From: a bacterium
Lineage (GTDB): Bacteria > SAR324 > NAC60-12
DNA: 15,171 bases
Direction of reading: 5' to 3'
NCBI GenBank assembly: GCA_965233585.1
Contig: CBDDTI010000448.1
Coordinates: 1-15,171 of the forward strand
Position numbers and translations under genes: made by a program. Numbering within the stretch: position 1 is the stretch's first letter; each line of letters opens with the position of its first letter. Of this stretch, positions 10,523 to 15,171 are shown piece by piece. The notes below the pieces were generated by a model that was given only the letters and a program-made list of their open reading frames with translations, had not been told where the DNA came from and did no database searches.

Positions 10523-10595
10523 CTTTTTTGTGGCGTTGTTTGTGTTGTCACTTTGCCCCTTTGACATTTCTGTTGGTATAGGGGCTTTTGTCATA

Positions 10596-13500
10596 AAACT
10601 GTTTACTACCACTAAAGTTGCACTTTCTCCCCTTCACTTTGGTTCTCGGGAAATTCCAAATCTCAGTCAGTTTCTAACTCGGGTCGGACTGCAAAGTCCT
10701 TTCGTCTCACTAATCGTATTAACAGAAGGCTTTTCTAAGATATCCACGTGCAATGCTAGGAGATGTTTAACATGCCACCATATCTCATGCAAGTCAACTA
10801 TAACATCCTCTATCAATGGCAAAAGATACGGCATCCAAATCGACAAAGACGTCGATGCTCTGAAATAGTTCAAATTTGATATATGTTATTACATGAGAAG
10901 CCAGGGGTTGTGGTGCTCAGTACGTCGGCGAAACATCTCAAAGCCTGAAAGGTCGCTTCCGCAGTCATTCGTTTAAAATCCGAAACAATTCTAGACGCAA
11001 ATACAAGAACTTCTTATATGACCACTTCATTAAATATAATCATTCCATAGAAAATGTTACTATAACTCCAGTTGAAATTCTTTCTAAAAAACCTGGTGAT
11101 TCGAAAAATGACATGAAAAAACGCAGACTTTCGGCCGAACTCAACTGGATAAAACGACTACAGACGCCATATCCTCTTGGCCTTAATGATCAGATCTACC
11201 AACAAGGGAACATATCATCCGTTCGCTCACACATTAACGTCTTCTCATTGAAACCAGATGTTCGCAGAAAGCGTCGATCTCATGGTGTACGTCGCAATGG
11301 TCTCTCTAGGAGAAAACAAAGACTGAATAGGTCCTTGGATGACCTTCTACGAATCGCCAAAAATAACGGTCGACACGAGCTCTTACATGCACTCTCTTCT
11401 ATTCCGGTATCTCGACTGAAACCAATCCTGGATGAGGCAGACCGCAGAAGTTTACGACATTCAGATTGATTCAAACTTAAAATGATTATGGCCTTTTCGT
11501 TTAATAAACTCTTTCCCCGCATACCTCCACTTCCTCCTAAAACACAGTTTATCAAAATTAAGTTCGTTAATCAAGGCTTGGACTTGCTTAATATTTCCAA
11601 CATTTTCAGGGATCACAGAGTCACCTCTAAAATCCCTCAGTATTTCGAGAATCTTGACCCTCCTCTTATTTGCTATCAGTACAAAAGTCCTATTCGAAAT
11701 ATCATTTTCAACTACAACCAAGTAACTTCTGATCCTGATGTTCTGAGTTCCATTCAGCCATCATGATCTTGTGCGGACTCACCGTTTCTGTATCCACCTG
11801 CTGGACATGTTGTCACCGGTGACCTTACTTGTATTCCTGATAAAGGATTACGGTCTCTCTTTAAGAAAGGGCCTAAATACAGACTTCCATCCAGGGTTGA
11901 TTTTACTAAGTGCCGGGATATTGTCGAGGATGCACTTCAGACGTATTGTAAACGTTGGTCCAAAAAGGAAGGCGTCGGAGTGCATGCCCTTAACGACTGG
12001 AAAAATGAGTTTTTACGCATTATTGACATAAGAATAGACAATTTTACTAAACACCCACATTTGTTCAAACAGCCATCCAGTCGTTCTGTGAAGTCATTGA
12101 AAAAGAAAATGGAAAAATTACACCGTAAATATGTCTTTGCTCCTGCCGATAAAGCAGCGAATAACGTGATCATTATTTGAAAAAGACACTACGTAGAGGT
12201 TTTGAAGGGTGAATTAAATTCTACGAGTACATACGCACCTGCTCAGTTGACGAAAGACCAACTTCTTGTGCATCATATCAATACTCTCACCAAAATAGAT
12301 GTCAAAATTGATAAATGTGAACTGCCTACATTTTATTGGTTACCAAAATTACACAAACGTCCTTATAAATCACGTTTTATATCAAATTCAAGTCACTGCT
12401 CTACTACCATTCTTTCGAAGCATATTACATCTGCTCTGACAGCTGTCAAAGATCATGTTATAAAGTACAGTGAAACTGCTTTTAGCAATAGTAATGTCAA
12501 TTATTTTTGGTCCATTAAAAACTCTTCCGAGGTCATCGAAAAGTTGCGACTGCGTAACTTTCGGGGTTCTCAGGTATCTTCTTTCGACTTTTCTACTTTA
12601 TACACCTCATTGCCACATGATCTTATCAAAGCAAAAGTGTTGTCTCTTGTCAACTGGTGTTTCAACAGAGAGTCAAAAACGTACCTCTGTACTTCAGATA
12701 AGGCAGGGTTTTTTAGCAACAAGAAATATGACTCATATAAATGTTGGTCTTGCGCGGAGTTATGTGAAGCTTTTACTTTCCTCATGGAAAACATATATGT
12801 GCAATTTGATGGCATGGTATATCAACAAATAGTGGGGATTCCTATGGGCACCAATTGTGCTCCACTTATAGCAGATTTATTTTTATATTGTTACGAGAGG
12901 GACTTTATGTCTGACCTTCAAAAGTCGAAACGTTTTGACCTCATAGATATGTTCAACGATACCTCTCGATATCTTGACGATATTTTCACCATCGATAACC
13001 CTGAATTTGAGAAACATATTCCTGATATATATCCAGCTGAACTTCAGTTGAATAAAGCAAATACTTCAGACAAAGAAACTTCTTTCTTAGATTTAAATAT
13101 AAAAGTTATTGGTAGTGACATTCATACCAGCGTTTACGACAAACGCGATGACTTCGGATTTCCTATCGTTAATTTCCCATGGTTGAGTGGTGACGTCCCT
13201 AGACTCCCATCGTACGGTATTTACATTTCGCAGTTAGTTAGATTTGCTAGGTGTTGTACTAGCGTTTTGGATTTCCATTCTAAAAATCTCCAAATTACTT
13301 CAAAACTGCTGACACAGGGTTATAGATATCACAAGCTTCGAAAAACATTTGGAAAGTTCTTTAGATCATACTCTGAACTTCTGTCGAAATTTGGTGATAT
13401 TTCGTTCCAAGAATATTTGTCAAAAGGAATCTCTCACCCGGTCTTCTACGGTGATCTAGTTTACAAACTAAGGAGGGTCAAAGACACACCTAATTTCATC

Positions 13501-13659
13501 TTGTCGGGTTCGAAAATAGTCAAACGCCTTCGACGACGACAGTATGACCCAGTGATCATCGAGAGGACTATAGGTCTTGTGCTTGGCCCTTCTACAGCCT
13601 TGTACGAACCGTTCCTAAAGCATTGCACTCTGACTAACAAGGCGGTGGGGACTATATGA
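10596..13659 (+). pseudogene. Copy 4 EN-RT ORF lacking start codon, with three small insertions near its 5' end
   Basis: Insertions of +2 (~10648), +1 (10730) and +4 (10857-60) relative to copy 2. The frame is otherwise colinear from ~10861 to the stop. Confidence 0.85.
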
Positions 13660-13711
13660 CGGGCCTTGTCCAAACCTCCTCAGAGGCGACAGGGTCCTGA
13701 TCTTTGTCCCC
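13647..13711 (+). promoter_or_regulatory. SECIS element, form II (copy 4)
   Basis: Same sequence as 2537-2601. Confidence 0.92.
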
Positions 13712-13936
13712 TCTGATTGTTAGTCGGGACTCCTTCAGCCATCAGACCTGAGCTCGCTTTCAGCCGGGCGGAGCACAGCCGGCCCTATTTGGATGTCGCT
13801 AAATATATTTTTGATATATAATATTTATTAACTATGCTGTGTGTGTATTGATTTTTATGACCTCTCCGCTTGGTGTGGCTGTTGGTTTGTTGTCTATATA
13901 AGGAGGTTTATTTACAAATTTTTAAATGTGTGTCCT

Positions 13937-14063
13937 TTTGATTACACGGCTGTTGCGGGGAGTGGGAAGGTGGGCCCGTAAACCGGTTAACCACACCAGT
14001 TGGGTGGCTGTAGTTACTCCAACTGACCGTCCTAAGTCGGTCCGCAATTGCTGTTTAATCGAA
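13937..14063 (+). ncRNA. Putative P5-type twister ribozyme (copy 4)
   Basis: Same sequence as 2827-2953. Predicted cleavage between 13988 and 13989. Confidence 0.75.
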
Positions 14064-14166
14064 CTTTTTTGTGGCGTTGTTTGTGTTGTCACTTTGCCCC
14101 TTTGACATTTCTGTTGGTATAGGGGCTTTTGTCATAGGACTGGGTCAGATCTCCTCCTTTTTGTCT

Positions 14167-15171
14167 ATGTTTAACATGCCACCATATCTCATGCAAGTCA
14201 ACTATAACATCCTCTATCAATGGCAAAAGATACGGCATCCTAATCGACAAAGACGTTGATTGAAATAGTTCAAATTTGGTATATGTTATTACATGAGAAG
14301 CCAGGGGTTGTGGTGCTCAGTACGTCGGCGAAACATCTCAAAGCCTGAAAGGTCGCTTCCGCAGTCATTCGTTTAAAATCCGAAACAATTCTAGACGCAA
14401 ATACAAGAACTTCTTATATGACCACTTCATTAAATATAATCATTCCATAGAAAATGTTACTATAACTCCAGTTGAAATTCTTTCTAAACAACCTGGTGAT
14501 TCAAAAAATGACATGAAAAAACGCAGACTTTCGGCCGAACTCAACTGGATAAAACGACTACAGACGCCATATCCTCTTGGCCTTAATGATCAGATCTACC
14601 AACAAGGGAACATATCATCCGTTCGCTCAAATATTAACGTCTTCTCATTGAAACCAGATGTTCGCAGAAAGCGTCGATCTCATGGTGTACGTCGCAATGG
14701 TCTCTCTAGGAGAAAACAAAGACTGAATAGGTCCTTGGATGACCTTCTACGAATCGCCAAAAATAACGGTCGACACGAGCTCTTACATGCACTCTCTTCT
14801 ATTCCGGTATCTCGACTGAAACCAATCCTGGATGAGGCAGACCGCAGAAGTTTACGACATTCAGATTGATTCAAACTTAAAATGATTATGGCTTTTTCGT
14901 TTAATAAACTCTTTCCCGAATACCTCCACTTCCTCCTAAAACACAGTTTATCAAAATTAAGTTCGTTAATCAAGGCCTGGACTTGCTTAATATTTCCAAC
15001 ATTTTCAGGGATCACAGAGTCACCTCTAAAATCCCTCAGTATTTCGAGAATCTTGACCCTCCTCTTATTTGCTATCAGTACAAAAGTCCTATTCGAAATA
15101 TCATTTTCAACTACAACCAAGTAACTTCTGATCCTGATGTTCTGAGTTCCATTCAGCCATCTTGATCTTGT
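14167..15171 (+). mobile_element. Naiad-type PLE copy 5, 5'-truncated, frameshifted, runs off window
   Basis: Starts at ATGTTTAACATGCC (equivalent to 3495). 1-bp deletion near 14915-14919 (TTTCCCGAATA vs TTTCCCCGCATA). Confidence 0.92.

Larger units (their letters stand above)
6898..10595 (+). mobile_element. Naiad-type PLE copy 3 (ORF intact; 107 bp shorter at 5', 33 bp shorter at 3')
   Basis: Starts at GTGATAGATTCC (equivalent to 3167) and ends at ...TTTTGTCATA (equivalent to 3026). Confidence 0.95.
10596..14166 (+). mobile_element. Naiad-type PLE copy 4, 5'-truncated
   Basis: Starts at the equivalent of ~3331, downstream of the start ATG, and ends at ...TTTTTGTCT. Confidence 0.93.
1..15171 (+). 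repeat. Head-to-tail tandem array of five Naiad-type Penelope-like element copies (periods 3838, 3731, 3541, 3400 bp)
   Basis: The same ORF blocks recur at 3, 3841, 7572, 11113 and 14513 with only scattered SNPs. Period differences are fully explained by junction truncations and small indels. Confidence 0.98.

Overview
The whole window is a head-to-tail array of five copies (two cut by the window edges) of one ~3.8-kb eukaryotic Penelope-like retroelement of the Naiad type, with an N-terminal GIY-YIG endonuclease, a CxC linker and a C-terminal RT. The short + strand ORFs in the track are all one frame. Copies 2 and 3 each carry a single 3165-nt reading frame (1054 aa) interrupted only by five in-frame TGA codons, four at positions where Cys is expected. 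A clear form-II SECIS hairpin sits at the ORF end, and its AUGA core supplies the stop codon, so the protein is most likely a 5-selenocysteine selenoprotein. Multi-Sec Naiads are known from clams and spiders, so an invertebrate host is inferred. The most novel observation is in the 3' UTR/pseudo-LTR of every copy. A ~125-nt sequence there folds by eye into a P5-permuted twister self-cleaving ribozyme with both pseudoknots kept by compensatory changes, just downstream of a TATA box. Naiads were described as lacking canonical hammerheads. Copy 1 has a TAA nonsense change; copies 4 and 5 are 5'-truncated and frameshifted. Junctions differ, with progressive 5' truncation and no spacer, TSD or poly(A), and SNPs are mosaic between copies.
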